From: Eledone cirrhosa
Taxonomy: Eukaryota
Direction of reading: 5' to 3'
NCBI GenBank assembly: GCA_964016885.1
Contig: OZ024741.1
Coordinates: 341,000,001 to 341,064,000, forward strand
Length of the DNA: 64,000 bases
The notes beneath the pieces were generated by a model. It did not search any database. It was not told the DNA's origin and was given only the letters and a program-made list of their open reading frames with translations. A program made the translations under genes and the position numbers. Positions 63,530 to 64,000 of this stretch are shown here, one piece after another (the first letter of the stretch is position 1; each line of letters begins with the position of its first letter).

Positions 63530-63912
63530 AACCCCCATTAGGGTCTCTTAATATTATTGAAATTTGCTGAAATTTTGTGAATAGGCATCATATCTTGTCA
63601 TTTACCTATGGTTTAAATCTATATACATAAATGGCAATTTCTGTCTGTTTGTTTGTGAACCTAAAAATCAAAAACTACCAAACAGATCTTGATGAATCTT
63701 GATACGTGTGTGGGGATCATGCCCATTTGATTTCTTACGTATATTTCATTTTAATCAAAGGGTTCCCCGGGGGTTCAAACTGAGAACCCCCGCTTAATTT
63801 TTTCCCTTCGATTTATATGGAATTTAAACCATAGGTAAATGACAAGATATGATGTCTATTCACAAAACTTCAGCAAATTTAAATAATATTAAGATAGCCT
63901 AATGGGGGTTAA
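63530..63912. repeat. ~90 bp inverted repeats bracketing a Helitron-like 5' end (A^TCTATATACATAAAT at ~63618)
   Basis: 63530-63619 is approximately the reverse complement of 63822-63912; an extra direct copy lies at 63413-63461. Confidence 0.6.
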
Positions 63913-64000
63913 GCCCCCTATAGTGATAATTTTCACCAATAAATGGAACAAGATTTCACGAACTCCTCCTATGGTTTTGGAGATAGACCCCCATAACCAT

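Overview
Eukaryotic, repeat-dominated window. It is most likely a coleoid cephalopod (octopus), which I infer from the SINE/RTE families and the very large imperfect (TA)n arrays. One host gene is supportable: three + strand exons (14275-14521, 44111-44391, 47625-48092) of a prostanoid (EP4/EP2-like) GPCR covering TM3 to the C-terminus, with a ~29.6 kb intron; the TM1-2 exon is not seen. The rest is TA-type satellite (source of all the I/Y-rich 'ORFs'), decayed retroelements (two Penelope-like elements, RTE, CR1-group, CRE-like), tRNA-derived SINEs, Helitrons and many fold-back/inverted repeats. The most notable signal is that many short unique 'islands' inside the TA arrays carry type I hammerhead ribozyme (HHR) folds from several unrelated families. 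One family has a compensated U3:A8 core, and a composite seen twice carries different hammerheads on opposite strands. All ribozyme calls are by-eye folds; activity is untested.
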